From Eledone cirrhosa (taxonomy: Eukaryota): a stretch of DNA of 64,000 nucleotides. Numbering within the stretch: position 1 is the stretch's first letter; each line of letters starts with the position of its first letter. The translations under genes were made by a program, and so were the position numbers. The DNA is taken from assembly GCA_964016885.1 (NCBI GenBank), contig OZ024742.1, positions 59,768,001 through 59,832,000 of the forward strand, read 5' to 3'. Shown piece after piece: positions 1 to 13,534 of this stretch. Below the pieces are notes generated by a model. That model worked only from the letters and a program-made list of their open reading frames with translations. It was not told where the DNA came from and did not search any database.

Positions 1-768
1 TACGTGCCGGAAATGACATGTTTAGCTTCCAGTAACCAGGTCCTAACCTACGCGTCTTATCTAGGTCGACCATACAGATCACAAACTTGTGATCTGAATA
101 GTCGACCGTTTTAAAACGTGGACAGCTTACACTATTTCTGTCTATTTTCCTAATGAATATCCTGTCTATATACGATCTAGATGACCCTATGCGGTTAGCT
201 GAGGTCCATACTGGCGCATTAGGGAAATCTAGTCGGTACCTGTCAGACAGTTGGAACTCGCTGATTAGGTTCTTGAGGCTTTTGCACCCCCCGCTCCTAT
301 CGGATACTCCCACACAGTCCCAGCTTGCGTCTAAGATGCCGTTTCAGTCCCCCGCTAACAGTAAAGGGCGAGACGTACACAGAAAGGGTCCAGGCGTCTA
401 AAAAAGTCCGGCCGTCCTGCCCCAGTAGGCGCATAGACGGCCACCAGTCTAAAGGCACCACCTTAATTATTGTTCACGTCCAGGACCACCAACTTCCCGT
501 CCGGGTCCCGGAAGATCGACCTTACCTCGAGATCCAGGCCTTTCCTAAACAGCACTGCCACCCTGCCTCCCATTCCCGACCGGCTAACAGATACAAAAAT
601 CTGATAGTCGTCGAAAATGGGGGATAGTGCGTGCGTGTCGGAAATCGTGGTCTCGCTGACTGCAATTACATCCATTTCTATAGAGCTGAGGTCGTTGAAC
701 AGGTGACCCTGCTTCCAGGACGATCCCAGGCCTCGAACATTTAAACATCCTACTCTTAATACGGCCAT
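1..768 (-). pseudogene. LINE ORF2 N-terminal apurinic-like endonuclease with in-frame stops
   Basis: Motifs GCLNVRGL, DVIAVSET, FRLVAVYAP, LLAGD*N and SDH. Stops at 463-465 and within GD(W)N. Confidence 0.9.
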
Positions 769-1582
769 GTTGGCAGGTTAAACAGAGAGAGAGGAAGGTT
801 TACTTACCTTCCGGGCTCTTGTGAAGGTCGGGTTGTTCGACCTCCATAGTTAGTGGGATTTCTTTTGGGAACCCCTTTAAAAGTCTTGAAGTGGGTTTTA
901 CGTTCGGGGTGCCCACGGCCCGAGGAAAGCTGTCTTGTATTTCTTTGAATATGTCGAGTGACATTCGCACCAGTACCAAATCTTCCGGCACGCGAAATGT
1001 GCTCGATTTAAAAATTTCCCCCTCTTTTTGTATATTTTCACTTCGTGCTACGAGGGCCATCAGTTCCTTGTTGGCCCTCCTGACGAGCACGAAGTTTTGT
1101 ATGTTTTGTTGGTGTGATTTTCTTTGTTTGCGTGGCTGTGGTGGTGATGGTTTTGGTGGTGTTGTTTCGGTTGTATCTGTGTTTGTTGTGAGTGCGGTGT
1201 CTGTGGTTTCAGATGTTTGTGTGTATATTTGTTCTTGCGTCTGTTTCGGTTGTTTGCGTTTGGGGGATTCTGGTGATGATGATGGTGGTGTTGATGTTGG
1301 TGTTATTGGGGAGATGTTTGCGTGGGTGGTGTGTGCGTTTTTTATTGTGGGGGCTTTTGTGCTTTGTTTAAGTTTTTTTTTTCTTTTTGTGTTTCCTTTT
1401 TTGTATTTTGGGGGATTTTGGATTTCCCTCATTTTCACTACTGGTAGATGAGGCGTCTGCGTCTGTAAGTGTGTCTGTATGTATGTTTATGGTTTTATTG
1501 GTGTGTGTATTTTTGGGGGGAGGGGGAATTTGACAGCTTTACTCGTTTCCCCCCTGGGTGGTCAATGTTGGTGGTGGTCTTT

Positions 1583-2284
1583 CTATTGATGTTGTGGTTG
1601 GTGGTTTTGCCGGTGCTGGTGTTGGTTGTTGTCCTCGCCCCTTGCCTCTTTCAGCAGTTGAGGGCAGAAGGCTCGCAAATGGGTTTTTTCCCCACAAACA
1701 AAACATTGCGGCCTTTTGCCTTCGGTCATAATGTGAATGACCGTCCCATTCTGAAGGCGGATGTGGTCCGGGATTGTCTTCACATTCTCGGGCCTGATCT
1801 GGAGAAGGATCTCCAGGTCAACCCCGGACCAGTCCTCTCTGGCCGTTCTGGTCACTTCTATAGGGACTGTATCCGTCCCCTTCACAATCACACATCCCAG
1901 AAGCCACCACATGTCAAGTCCTGGTGGGATTCTGGGAATGCGGAGACGGGCCGTTCTTTTTCCCATGCGGGAGGGGTACATTATGACCTTGCTGGTTTTG
2001 CAAGGAGTCATAGCGTGTTTCATAGCGAGGGCTTCTGACTTGAACAACACCGAAATGGTGCCGTACTGTCTGCCCCTCTCTATGTACGTCAGCGCAAGTC
2101 CAACATCTTCTTGTGGGATTAAAGCTGCCCTTTTGGTTTGTGCTGAGATGCATCTATAATGCACCGTTTTGCGCTCCACTGCCTCAATAGCTTCTACCGG
2201 GACAGTTAAGTTGGCCCAAGTTTTCTCTTGCTTGATGAGCTTCCATGCCTGGGCCAACTTTTCATCTTTGTTTGAGAAATCCAT
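1583..2284 (-). pseudogene. LINE ORF1 (gag-like) core with zinc knuckle
   Basis: CFVCGEKTHLRAFC fits C-x2-C-x4-H-x4-C. The low-complexity ORFs 2305-2568 and 800-1438 are probably frameshifted parts of the same ORF1. Confidence 0.8.
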
Positions 2285-3199
2285 GTTAAAGCATGGCCTC
2301 TTTTTTACTGTTGCCGCAGCGAAAGTGTTCGTCTTGTTTTCGTTAGGGGTTTTGTTGTCGTTGTTCTTGTTGGTGTGGTGTTAGCACTGTCGCTGTTATC
2401 ATTGTTGTCTTTGTTGCCACCGTTGTTCTCGGTGAAGTTGGTATTGTTGCTGTTGGTGTTGTCGCTATTTGTTTTCATGTTAGTGGTGTTGATATTGTTG
2501 TTGTATTTGTTATTTTTTTTTTTTGTTATCTGAATTTTCGTTGTCGCTGTTACTGTCATTTTTTTCAAAATTTTGTGTTCTTATTGGTATCATTGGTGTC
2601 TTTGTTTACCTTGTTTGTGGTGGTGTTTGTGTTATCAATGTGTGTCAATTTCGCTGTAGCGCTCCTCTCAACTTCTACCTCGTTGTCGCACGACAGCCTA
2701 CATATCGCTGGGGGGCGTGGCTCAGCCATTTATTTTTTTCTTCGTAAATTTTTTAACATGTAAAAAAAAGTTAAAATATTTGGGCCAAAAGGCCCAAATA
2801 TTATACTTTCCCTTCAGGGGGCAAAGTCTAAGGGCTTATATCCCTTACACAACAAGAAATATTTAACAACAAATAATTTTAACAGGCAAATAAAGCGACT
2901 TACCGTGAGCGAGCAAAATACGTCCGCTTAGACCAATAATAATAATAATAATAATAATAATAGTAATGCGGGAAGATTACGCACATGGTGGATAGAGCGT
3001 TATGGAATCGCTCCCGTAAGTTTTTGATTTTATTACATGTTTTAAACAATTGTGATAGAATAATTCTTATTACAAATTGGACATAAGACACCAGTCTTTA
3101 TCTCTCAGGAAGTGACAGCACATAAAACTCTGGCATATTGCTCAAATATTTAATTTTGTATCAGCAATTTTATAGTAAAAAAAGAAAAGGGTTACAAAT

Positions 3200-3500
3200 G
3201 GTCACAAATGGAAGAAAACAACAGTCAAATAATTTCACCACCAACACCACAACCGCCGCCGCCACCTCCATCACTACCACACAACATTTAGCTAGATACA
3301 AACCAACAGCAGCAACAACACCATCACTACAGTACTACTATCCCAACACCACAATCACCACTGCATCATCGCTACTACCACTATTTCCTCACTACCTCCT
3401 GTTAAGAGAGGGAAGGTAGTAATGCCACTACACATGACTAGAAACGAGGAAGTCACCAAAATATATAAATAGACTGATTTAGTGACCTGGTCAAACAGCT
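3200..3500. repeat. Unclassified dispersed repeat X (CAC/CAA-rich); inverted homolog at about 60880-61110
   Basis: The reverse complement of 3410-3495 (gaccaggtcactaaatcagtctatttatat...ccttccc) matches 60899-60972 (gaccgggtcactaagtcagtctatttatat...ccttccc). Confidence 0.7.
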
Positions 3501-4399
3501 AACAACAACACCATAATACTTATTGTTGTTGTATCTCTAAGCTCTCTCAAAATGTTTAGTTTAAACGATGTCAAATCTAAACTATAATAAAAGGTCTGCG
3601 GGACTGCGTACGGTTTATTTTTTTTATCCCGTTAGTAAAATAAGTTGGATTACTTTGAATAAATAATGAATGAATATTACATAATTTATCTACTAAATTT
3701 CGTAAACAAAAATAATTTCGTAAAAATAAATAATTTAAAATTGACTTCTTTTCAAAGTTTCACTTGCGGTTGCCACAACCACCACTTCAACTACCATATA
3801 TATAGAAAGAGAGAGTGTGTGATGTCAACACTTCCGGTGGTGATCACTTAAATAAACATACACATTTTCTGTCACTAATTTTCTCCTAATGCAGTTTATA
3901 TATAATATTGTCTTTTTTTTAATGTATCATACATTACGTTACTGATTACATAAGACAGTGTAACAACGTCTTCGTTCAATTTCTGTTTATATTGTCAATT
4001 ACGATTGTATTTGATGTATCATATCTACATGTATATATACTTGCGCATAATATCAATATACACACTACACATGCTAGCAGAAAACTACCCGAAGGTTGTT
4101 TTTCTGCTAGTAATAATAATGATGATAAGCAACAAGTCGAAAAGTTACACAACAGAACACAGACAAAAACAAACGCAACAGCAAAAGAAAAACCAAATTT
4201 CAAAAGTATTCCTTACTTCCCTCGTAGCTAAAATCAAAAACAGCAGCAGCAGTAACAACAACACTAGTAACCGATGGTACTGGCCTTGAAAAACAAAATA
4301 GAAAAAAAAACAAAAAAAACTAAGTCAGACATTCAAACATTACAATGAAACTTATGTTTATTTTTTAAAGTTTTTATCTATTTATTTGTTTATTTATTT

Positions 4400-6592
4400 A
4401 TGTTCGTCTACAGCGTGATGGTGCCACGCTAAAATCACCTATGCTTATGTTACCTTACATTCACCAATCCTCGATATGAGTGTTTAAATGCTGAAACTAA
4501 ATAGTTCGAATAACGGTGAAAAGGAGACTGGAACGTCATGTGAAAAACTCTCACCCAGCAAGTGCTCCCTGGCCCAGCAGCGGGGACGTGGCTGTCATCC
4601 AAATACTGCTGGTGTTGGAGGAAGAAGAAGAAGGAAAGGGACAAGAACCAACTGGACGAAAGAATTGAATAGAACTGTCATGAAATGTTACCTGAAGAGT
4701 AACCACATGGAAACGGATGCATAACATCTGGAACGAGATTGGTCTATTTAAATTAGATGAACAAAAATTGGCCGGGAAGGCTCGGGTAATAAGAACTAAT
4801 GAATGGATAAGCGAGTTGGAACTGGAGGAACGGAACAGAGAGATTAAGTTGGAAATGGAGAGTGGAGTATGTCAGGCAAACGAGCCAGTGGGAAATGAAG
4901 GTGAAGAGGTTGAGAGAACGGAAGAAGCATCCGATGCAGACAATGATCTGAATGCTGAAATAAATAACATCTGGAACAAAAATACGGCCATTGAGGAAAT
5001 GAATGCTGACGGGCTAGGACAAGATTTGGTTGATATCCTGAACTTAGTGGTAGATCAAATGAAGAATGATAGTGGATAACCTATGAACCTAAGATTTGTA
5101 GACAAGAAAAAGTTATATTGCGAAAAGTGAGAGCAGGATACAAGTTGGGAAAAGGAGAGCTTACCATCAACCACCTCCTCTTCATGGACGATCTTAAACT
5201 CTTTGGGAAGAATGAGAAGGAGTTGGATGTACTTGTTGACACTGTCCGTATTTTCAGCAATGATATATGTATGGAATTTGGTATTAATAAATGTGGAATC
5301 CTAGTGATGAAGAGGGGAAAATTGAGCAGAAGCAACGGAATCCGGGTACCAAAAGGTGAGATGATAAAGGAAATTGACACTGAATAAGGATACAATTATT
5401 TAGGTGTTCTATTTATTAAAATCACATCTAAATAGTAGGAATGTCATAAGTGCAGTGAATTCCCGAGCTGTGTCTATTACTAGGTACAGTGCGGGAATTC
5501 TGAGATTGGATGTTGCTGAAAAAAAGAAATGGATAGGAAGACTAAGAAGCTATTGACTATCTACAACATGTTCCACTAGGGGTGTGATGTCGATAGACTC
5601 TACTTAAGGAGATCTGAAGGTGGAAGAGGTCTTATCAGCATAGAGGACTGTGTTCAGATGGAGAAAAACAACCTACACAAATACGTGATTGATAGTAGGG
5701 AGCCAATGTCCAGAATTGTACTGAAGGAGAGGACAATAGACCAGGGGATGTTCAAGTAGTAAATAACAACAAGGAGAAAGAGCAGCCTTCATGACAAAGC
5801 CCTTCATAGTACCTTCTTTAGGAAAACTGAATTTGGAGATCCACAGACATGGAACTGGGTAAAAAGAGGAGACCTTAAAAAAGCTACAGAAGGAATGCTA
5901 ATGGCTGCGCAAGAGCAGGTCCCCAGAACGAAGTGGGTGAAACACCATATTTACAAGGAGGAGGCTAGCTCACTGTATAGGATCTGTGGAGAAAGAGAGT
6001 GGAGACTGGTTCACATTCTATCCGAGTGTAAACACCTAGCCCAGTCTCACTATAAAGGCTGGAGACATGATGTGATAAGCAGGGTGATCCACTGACATCT
6101 ATGCAAAGTAAACAATTTACCACATTCTGAGAAGTGGTATGAGTATAAGCCAGAGTCGGTGATAGAAAACGATCAGATGAAGGAGCTGTGGGATTTTAGG
6201 ATACAGACGGACAAGAAACTGGAACACAATAGACCTGACCTGGTGGTTTTGGACAAGGAAAAAAGATCGTGCCTGATTGTAGATGTAGCCTGCCCATTTG
6301 ACACGAGAGTGCAAGAAAAGGAGAGGAAGAAAATTAACCGATACCATGACTTAAAGTGGGAGGTAAAAAGGATTTGGAACTGCCATGTGGTCAAAGTGGT
6401 CCCGATTGTCATAGGCGCACTAGGTACTATCTCAAAGAGTTTCCAAGGATGGTTAAAGAAAATTGATCCCGCCCCGCTTTTTGGAAAACTTCAAAAGGCA
6501 TGCTTGCTGGGAAAAGCAAGAACCCTCCGATATTTATTATTCATTTCAACAAACTTTCCAGTTAAATAACATCAATGACTGAGACTCAAGAA
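4400..6592 (+). mobile_element. R4/Dong-type RLE non-LTR retrotransposon, internally deleted and decayed
   Basis: N-terminal RTNWTKELNRTVMKCY; RT INHLLFMDDLKLFG...MEFGINKC; zinc finger RICGE..HILSEC, RHD; RLE NRPDLVV...IVDVACP...K..RY.DL. The N-terminal half of RT is missing near 5080-5120. The element ends at (TAA)n. Confidence 0.88.
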
Positions 6593-6593
6593 C

Positions 6594-6645
<52 letters not shown>

Positions 6646-6646
<1 letters not shown>

Positions 6647-6870
6647 GGAAACCCGCGTATAGGAGAAATAAAAAAGATAGTACTAATGGGAACTGCCCAT
6701 ATACTAAGGAAGATTCTGTCAGTATAAGTACATCACAAGTCTAAACACCTAAAGATGCATGTGTGTGTATATATGTTCTTTCTTGAACATGGCGGACCTT
6801 GTTGTCTCTTGAGGTGACTGGTTGTGACTTGGTGATAACTCGAATGAACATAAAGCAAGATACATGCAAT

Positions 6871-6872
<2 letters not shown>
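6646..6872 (+). mobile_element. 5'-truncated 3' end of the second Dong-type family, embedded in (TAA)n
   Basis: Nearly identical to the reverse complement of 56758-56980 (KIVLMGTAHILRKILS* plus 3'UTR). (TAA)n lies on both sides. Confidence 0.9.
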
Positions 6873-6903
<31 letters not shown>

Positions 6904-7890
6904 TATAATAATAATAATAATAATAACTAAATACAAAAGCTAAATATAAATAACATAAAACTGATCAAAGTTATATTAACTTTTCATAATTTGAAGAATC
7001 CGTATTGATGTTTTGCGTATTAGATTGCGTAGTATTATGATACATTGTGCAGCCATTATGAAGAACTGTGTGAGATTTTAACGATCAAATGCACAACTGA
7101 GCGCAAAACAAGCAAGAGAGAAAAGTAGTATGATATTTAATTTATATTTTGCACACTTCAGCCGGATTACGTATAATGATATACAATAAATAATAAAGAA
7201 AAAAGAAAACAACAAAATTTCAACGTCTACCGTGGATAGCGAGAATTATATAGGATAAGAATTTAAATATATATTACTGAGAGAAAATGACAGATATTAT
7301 CTACGTCTGTTGCAGTTGCAGCAATATTTTCATGCTGATGATAAGTGTTTGATTATAGCCTAGTCTGCACATGTTCATTATGTGTTAGGTTTAGTGCATA
7401 ACTGAGAATATCTTCAAAGAAAATATTAATAACAACATGAACAACCTCTTCAACAGCAAAATGAAGAATAGAAACAGAGAAAATATATTTCTGATTTAGA
7501 GTGGTTCGATGGATAGATCCTCCGTCTATTTAGATGATGAACATTCAGTCATTCGATTACCTGAACATTCGATTACCTGAACATTCAACACTTGAAATAG
7601 TGCGTGAGTGGTTGAATGAGTATTCCTCGGAGAGGTGTATTCTTAACATAATCCTCAATAAAAGTCATTATACCATATGTGATATGGTTAGACGTTTGAA
7701 TTACAGGTACAATACATATTGTAATATACTGTAAATGGATGTGTATTCTACAGTTCCGTGTAGCCTTAAAATAATTCATTCTCTGGTAGAATTAGTGTTT
7801 GATTAGATGTTTGAATTACAGGTGCAAGATATCTCGTTATATAATGTAATTGGCTATGGATTCGCCTTGAATAAATTTACAGGAAAACAT

Positions 7891-8080
7891 AATTGTTTCT
7901 ACTTTTTGGCACAAGGCCAGCAATTTCCCAGTGTATTACTGGTACTTTATTTTATCGACCCCGTAAGGATGAAAGGCAAAGTTAACCTCGGCGGGATTTG
8001 AACTCAGAATGGCAAGGGCTGTAACTCTATGCGTCAAAGCATGGCGTCCGACCCTCTACCGATACTGACAATTCACCGCC
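7891..8080 (-). mobile_element. tRNA-derived SINE (Meta-domain-like), full length
   Basis: A-box-like TGTCAGTATCGG and B-box GAGTTCAAATCC on the minus strand; central GCCGAGGTTAACTTTGCCTTTCATCCTTACGGGGTCGATAAAATAAAGTACC; flanking duplication tacaggaaaacataat. Confidence 0.9.
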
Positions 8081-8489
8081 ATGGAAAACATACAGGAAAA
8101 CATAATGTGGCATGATTAGCCATTTGAATTAAAGGTGCAATCCACCTGAAGGGCTTTCCTAGAGAATCCATTAACCCACTTTTACTTACTTGGCACTTGG
8201 GTGTGTCAATTATGATAAAGCCATTTGCTGAAGATAAAACGCAGTGGCATCTGATCCCAGATGTGGTGATTACTAAAGTAATTAAACACCAATCTGCCAG
8301 GCCTGTAATATAACGTACCTTCTCACCTACTTCAGAAATTGCATTAGTTAAAATATAGTCCATTTAGACAAACTATACGACTATCTAAATACATCATGTA
8401 TATACTTGGTGTAAAAGCATATTACATTTATTCATATATGTATGTATGTATATAAATGTATGTATATAAATGATCTAAAACTAGACTGA

Positions 8490-9330
8490 ATTATTGTTGT
8501 AAAACGAGTCAATAAAGGAGATGTTGTTGTTATTATGAACTCAAAACAATATGCCAACATTGTACAGAGTTTACCGCAGGGAAATACACTATACGAAGAA
8601 GCCAAATATTATAAACTTCATAAAGGGATGAAACTCACTGATTTATTACGCTCATGCTGAAATCGTCTAACTTATAAGAAATCTCACTAATTTTAGATGT
8701 AAAACAAATAATATCTCTGGACTACATAAAATACACAAGAATACACTAATTAATGAGACATGCGAAAAAGCTAAAGCCACTTGTGGGATTATACTCTCAC
8801 CAATCGACTGAAAACTAGGATTAGCGAGACACATCGCCTAAGTAACCACTTAGACACTTTACTGAAGCTTATCCTGAAACACATTCAGAGCGTTATTCGA
8901 GGCGATCTAAATATACAGAAGCCTCTGCGAAATAATAAGAATCTACATGGTATCGTTAAATGTTGTATACCTATATAGCAACGCGAAAACGGAATAGAGG
9001 CTATTACATTCTGGCTAAACTCATTCATTTATCGTATAGATATATAATTCATTATAGATGCTTGAAAAACAATTATTTCATGTTTGATGAAATCGGCTAC
9101 TGACAAAAATAAAATTATGACCCATAGGAACAAACGTTTCATGAACGTATGCCAAGGTACTCTATGTTACCTCAAATTAAATTCTACGAATAATTCTTAC
9201 AAATTTATGGTCTTATAAAGGAAAATTGCTTATTTTGTGGAGGTAAAATCTTTAAAATCGAAAACAATTTTCAAGCCGCATCAACGCTTTAAATACTAAT
9301 ATCCAATTTGCTATTATGTATTACAGTAAC
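8490..9330 (+). pseudogene. Heavily decayed Penelope-like RT fragment
   Basis: IIVVKRVNKGDVVVIMN (ADKG motif), GLHKIHK (LPKIHK motif), ETHRLSNHLDTLLKLILKHIQSVIR. Confidence 0.7.
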
Positions 9331-9622
9331 TAAAAACTTATTTCTTTAAACGTACAGATAATACATTTGAAAGAATAACCCCCACCCCACCCACCCCACA
9401 CACCCACGCACACAGAGAAATGCACACATACATATATATATATACATATATATAAATATATATACATATGTCCTTGAGCAAGACACTTTATTTCACGTTG
9501 CTCCTTCTACCTGGACTTGCGACCGCTAGATAGTACTAGCAACTGGAAAGAAAAACGGAAACATTGTTTCCTCGGTCCGATTTGACGAAAATCGATCGAT
9601 CCTTTATTAGATATATAGAGAC

Positions 9623-9751
<129 letters not shown>

Positions 9752-9994
9752 GAGCGAGAAAAGTAAAACGTAGATGGATACAAACTAATCACATACATAA
9801 GTGAGTGGATAGATATAGTAGCAGCGAAATTATTCTTTGTGGATAAAAGTACACACACACACAGACACACACATATGGATATATATATATATATATATAT
9901 TTACCTTTGTCATAATATGATGACTAATCAGGTTTGTGTATGCAACGTAACAACCAGTACACGAAGATGCAGTTAGAATAAAGAACTCCCCATC

Positions 9995-11075
9995 ATGTGT
10001 ATCGTTCTAAATGCGATTTGGTAATCCATGACGGAGTGTACGTACAATAATGTTCATTGCGAAAGCCAGATGTAGATATTCATTATTCGTTTTATTCATA
10101 ATCAGCCGTAATCCATTGAACCTATTAAGTGCATATCGGAGATCACCTTCTGTTGAAATAAGTAATACCATATCATCTGCAAATACTAGCCGACTGATTC
10201 CATACCTGCCAGTGATACCACGTCCAAGCCGGCTGCACATGTTAATCCTTAGTAGATTCGAACTCCTACATTGACTAGTTTATATCTAGCACCATTTATC
10301 CGAACACAAATACAAAGTATTTATATGGAGACATCAGAGCAGCATGGAGCTGTCCATCGAGCCCATGCTGTTGCAGAACCTTCCACAGCAGGTCACGTAC
10401 AACACGCTTGTATGCATTTTCGATGTCTACGAAGAAAGAATATACCTTTTGGCAGCACTCCCACGATTTTGCAAAGACGTGCCGCATAGTGAATATTTGT
10501 TTGGTTATGCTGCATCCGAGGCGAAAAACCAATATGTACATCAGTTAGCTTGAATTTGACAATCTCCCTAGATCTATTTGTCAGACATTTGGCATAGGTT
10601 TTACCGGGATGGATTAACAAGAAGATTCCTCTATAATTATAGCAATCTCTCTTGCCTCTCGTTTTTTGTATTATGGGCTTATCACTCCCGGTTGCCACTA
10701 TTTAGGTGCATTTCCAGAGATCCAAGCCATCCGACACACACAAGACAGTCAGAAGATACATTCACTATGTAAGGCTTTTAATATCTCAGACAGAATGTTA
10801 TCTTCCTCGGTGGCCTTGTGTCATTTGAGCTCTATATTGTCTCTTGTGACCTCAGACTCCGAGAGATTAGTCGTCAATCCTGAATACACTTCATGTACAT
10901 TAGAAGAATCTGTTTCGATCAGGAAAGTTTTTTCGCCGTCTTGTGAGGAAGCATCTCTCTAAAGTGAAAAGAATCATAGACACTTTCCTGACAAGAGGAG
11001 TGGAGAAGGACTTCTTATTAAATAGTCGATGAATGGTCTGCCAGAAAACCTTTTTGCTCATCTGAAGTCGGATTC
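9995..11075 (-). mobile_element. RTE-type LINE RT fragment, frameshifted
   Basis: RDCYNYRGIFLL..PGKTYAK, QIFTMRHVFAKSWE, FVDIENAY, LVFADDMVLL. Confidence 0.85.
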
Positions 11076-11117
11076 CAGTTTAAACACAGATACAGAAAAA
11101 AAATAGAGGTTATAAGA

Positions 11118-11205
11118 TAATTGCTTCTACTTTTGGCACAAGGCCAACAGATACCCAGTACATTACTGGTACTTTATTTTATCGACCCCGTAAGGATGAA
11201 AGGTT
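11118..11205 (-). mobile_element. 5'-truncated SINE
   Basis: 3' half of the SINE, with target-site duplication aggttataagataat on both sides. Confidence 0.85.
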
Positions 11206-11322
11206 ATAAGATAATGTTTAATATGAACATTACTAGATGATAAACGTTAATAATGAGCATAATGGAAGTTACTTTATATTTGCACAGTTGGCCTTGAAGT
11301 GGTTGTTTGGATGATATACACG

Positions 11323-11365
11323 TCTTCTGATGTGGGCCTAACTAGACCCGAAAATCGAGTAGAGG
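11323..11365 (+). ncRNA. Degenerate minimal type-I hammerhead ribozyme
   Basis: tctt CTGATGT gggcct-aact-agaccc GAAA aTCGA GTA gagg. There are two substitutions relative to CTGATGA and GAAAC, and helix III is near-palindromic. Confidence 0.55.
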
Positions 11366-11833
11366 AGTTTTCAATTCTTTTCAATTTACAGCAAAAAATT
11401 GTATTTTCTGACATGTTTACATGCCTGCACATTAAATATGTGCTTACACATTGGTAAATCTGTCTCTGTTACCGACTCTGTATGTATAAAGATATACAAG
11501 ATATACATTTATATATGTATATAATGTATAGATATATATGTATGAATGTAGGTATTGTATATTTATTAATATACTGTATGTTTAACAGCTCATAAACATA
11601 ACTGGTATTCTATAAGAATCCAGCTTTTACAGCTCAAAGCAAAGAGGTGATATATAACCTTGATAACCGCTAAATAAACATACAGTATATTATTAAATAT
11701 ACAATACGTACATTCATATATACATCGCTATTTCAGAGCTCCAGCACAAATATATATATATCCTTTCCAGGGATAACTTGAACCGTTAAGGTATATTATC
11801 TTTGGTCATGTCAAATATTTATAAAACATTTTG

Positions 11834-11895
11834 TATTTTATCTGATGATAGCGTACCAAAATTTTTGGTACCCTTGAAATATATATAATAGAATA
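11834..11895 (+). ncRNA. Type-I hammerhead ribozyme (PLE pLTR type), family C
   Basis: tattttat CTGATGA tagc-gtaccaaa-att-tttggtac-cctt GAAA TATATATA atagaata. The core is intact, stem I is 8 bp and helix III is palindromic. Confidence 0.75.
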
Positions 11896-11950
11896 AATAT
11901 GGTTTTATAAATATGGTTTCCATTTATTTAATATCATTATATATATATAT

Positions 11951-12060
11951 AGAAAAAAAGATGAAATCGAAAATGCAACTGGAGTCTTATTTTTAAAAAA
12001 ATATATATATTTTTTAAAAAATAAGACTCCAGTTGCATTTTAGATTTCATCTTTTTTTCT
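11951..12060. repeat. 110-bp near-perfect palindrome with a one-sided extension to about 12130, flanked by (TA)n
   Basis: agaaaaaaagatgaaatc.aaaatgcaactggagtcttattttt is mirrored around an ATAT centre at about 12005. Confidence 0.9.
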
Positions 12061-12126
12061 TTATACATTCACTCGTGTAGGACACCTCGGTTATTTTTCA
12101 TTTTGTAAAAAAAAACTCACTTTCTA

Positions 12127-13121
<995 letters not shown>

Positions 13122-13169
13122 TATATATATACAAATACACACATATATATATATATATACTGTATATAT

Positions 13170-13255
<86 letters not shown>

Positions 13256-13446
13256 ACTAGAAATATATATATATGTATAGTAATAATAATAAATTTGAAG
13301 ACTAAAATCCAAAGAGGGCTCGATAAGAATGAATATATATCAAATATATAAGAACCGTAGAGCAAATATTTATTAAAATAACAGATTAAAGTTTAAGCAA
13401 AGAATCCTTAAAGAATTCTTTGCTTAAACTTTAATCTGTTATTTTA

Positions 13447-13454
<8 letters not shown>
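13256..13454. mobile_element. Fold-back mini-insertion of repeat family B (palindrome 13366-13454 plus a tail of about 110 nt) in (TA)n
   Basis: atatttattaaaataacagattaaagtttaagcaaagaat - 9 nt spacer - exact reverse complement. Homologous to 37775-37915. Confidence 0.85.

Positions 13455-13534
<80 letters not shown>

Larger units (their letters stand above)
1..2933 (-). mobile_element. L1/Tx1-clade LINE, 5' portion (5'UTR, ORF1, APE endonuclease), running off the left edge
   Basis: ORF1 has a CCHC knuckle and is followed by an APE domain. The 5' end abuts (AAT)n at about 2935-2963. The motif DYSDHKFVIC..D....GPGYWKLN.SFPAR at 1-110 is closely matched in the element at 61227. Confidence 0.9.

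Noticed and set aside
343-345. In-frame TGA (approximate position) in the APE GDWN motif as possible recoding
   Set aside because: It is a TGG-to-TGA change in a copy that also has a TAA stop, so ordinary decay explains it.
891-2159. Hydrophobic plus-strand ORFs resembling membrane proteins
   Set aside because: They are antisense shadows of the A/C-rich LINE ORF1.
7990-8080. SINE heads as tRNA genes
   Set aside because: The A and B boxes are present, but there is no full cloverleaf, and the heads are fused to the SINE body with target-site duplications.
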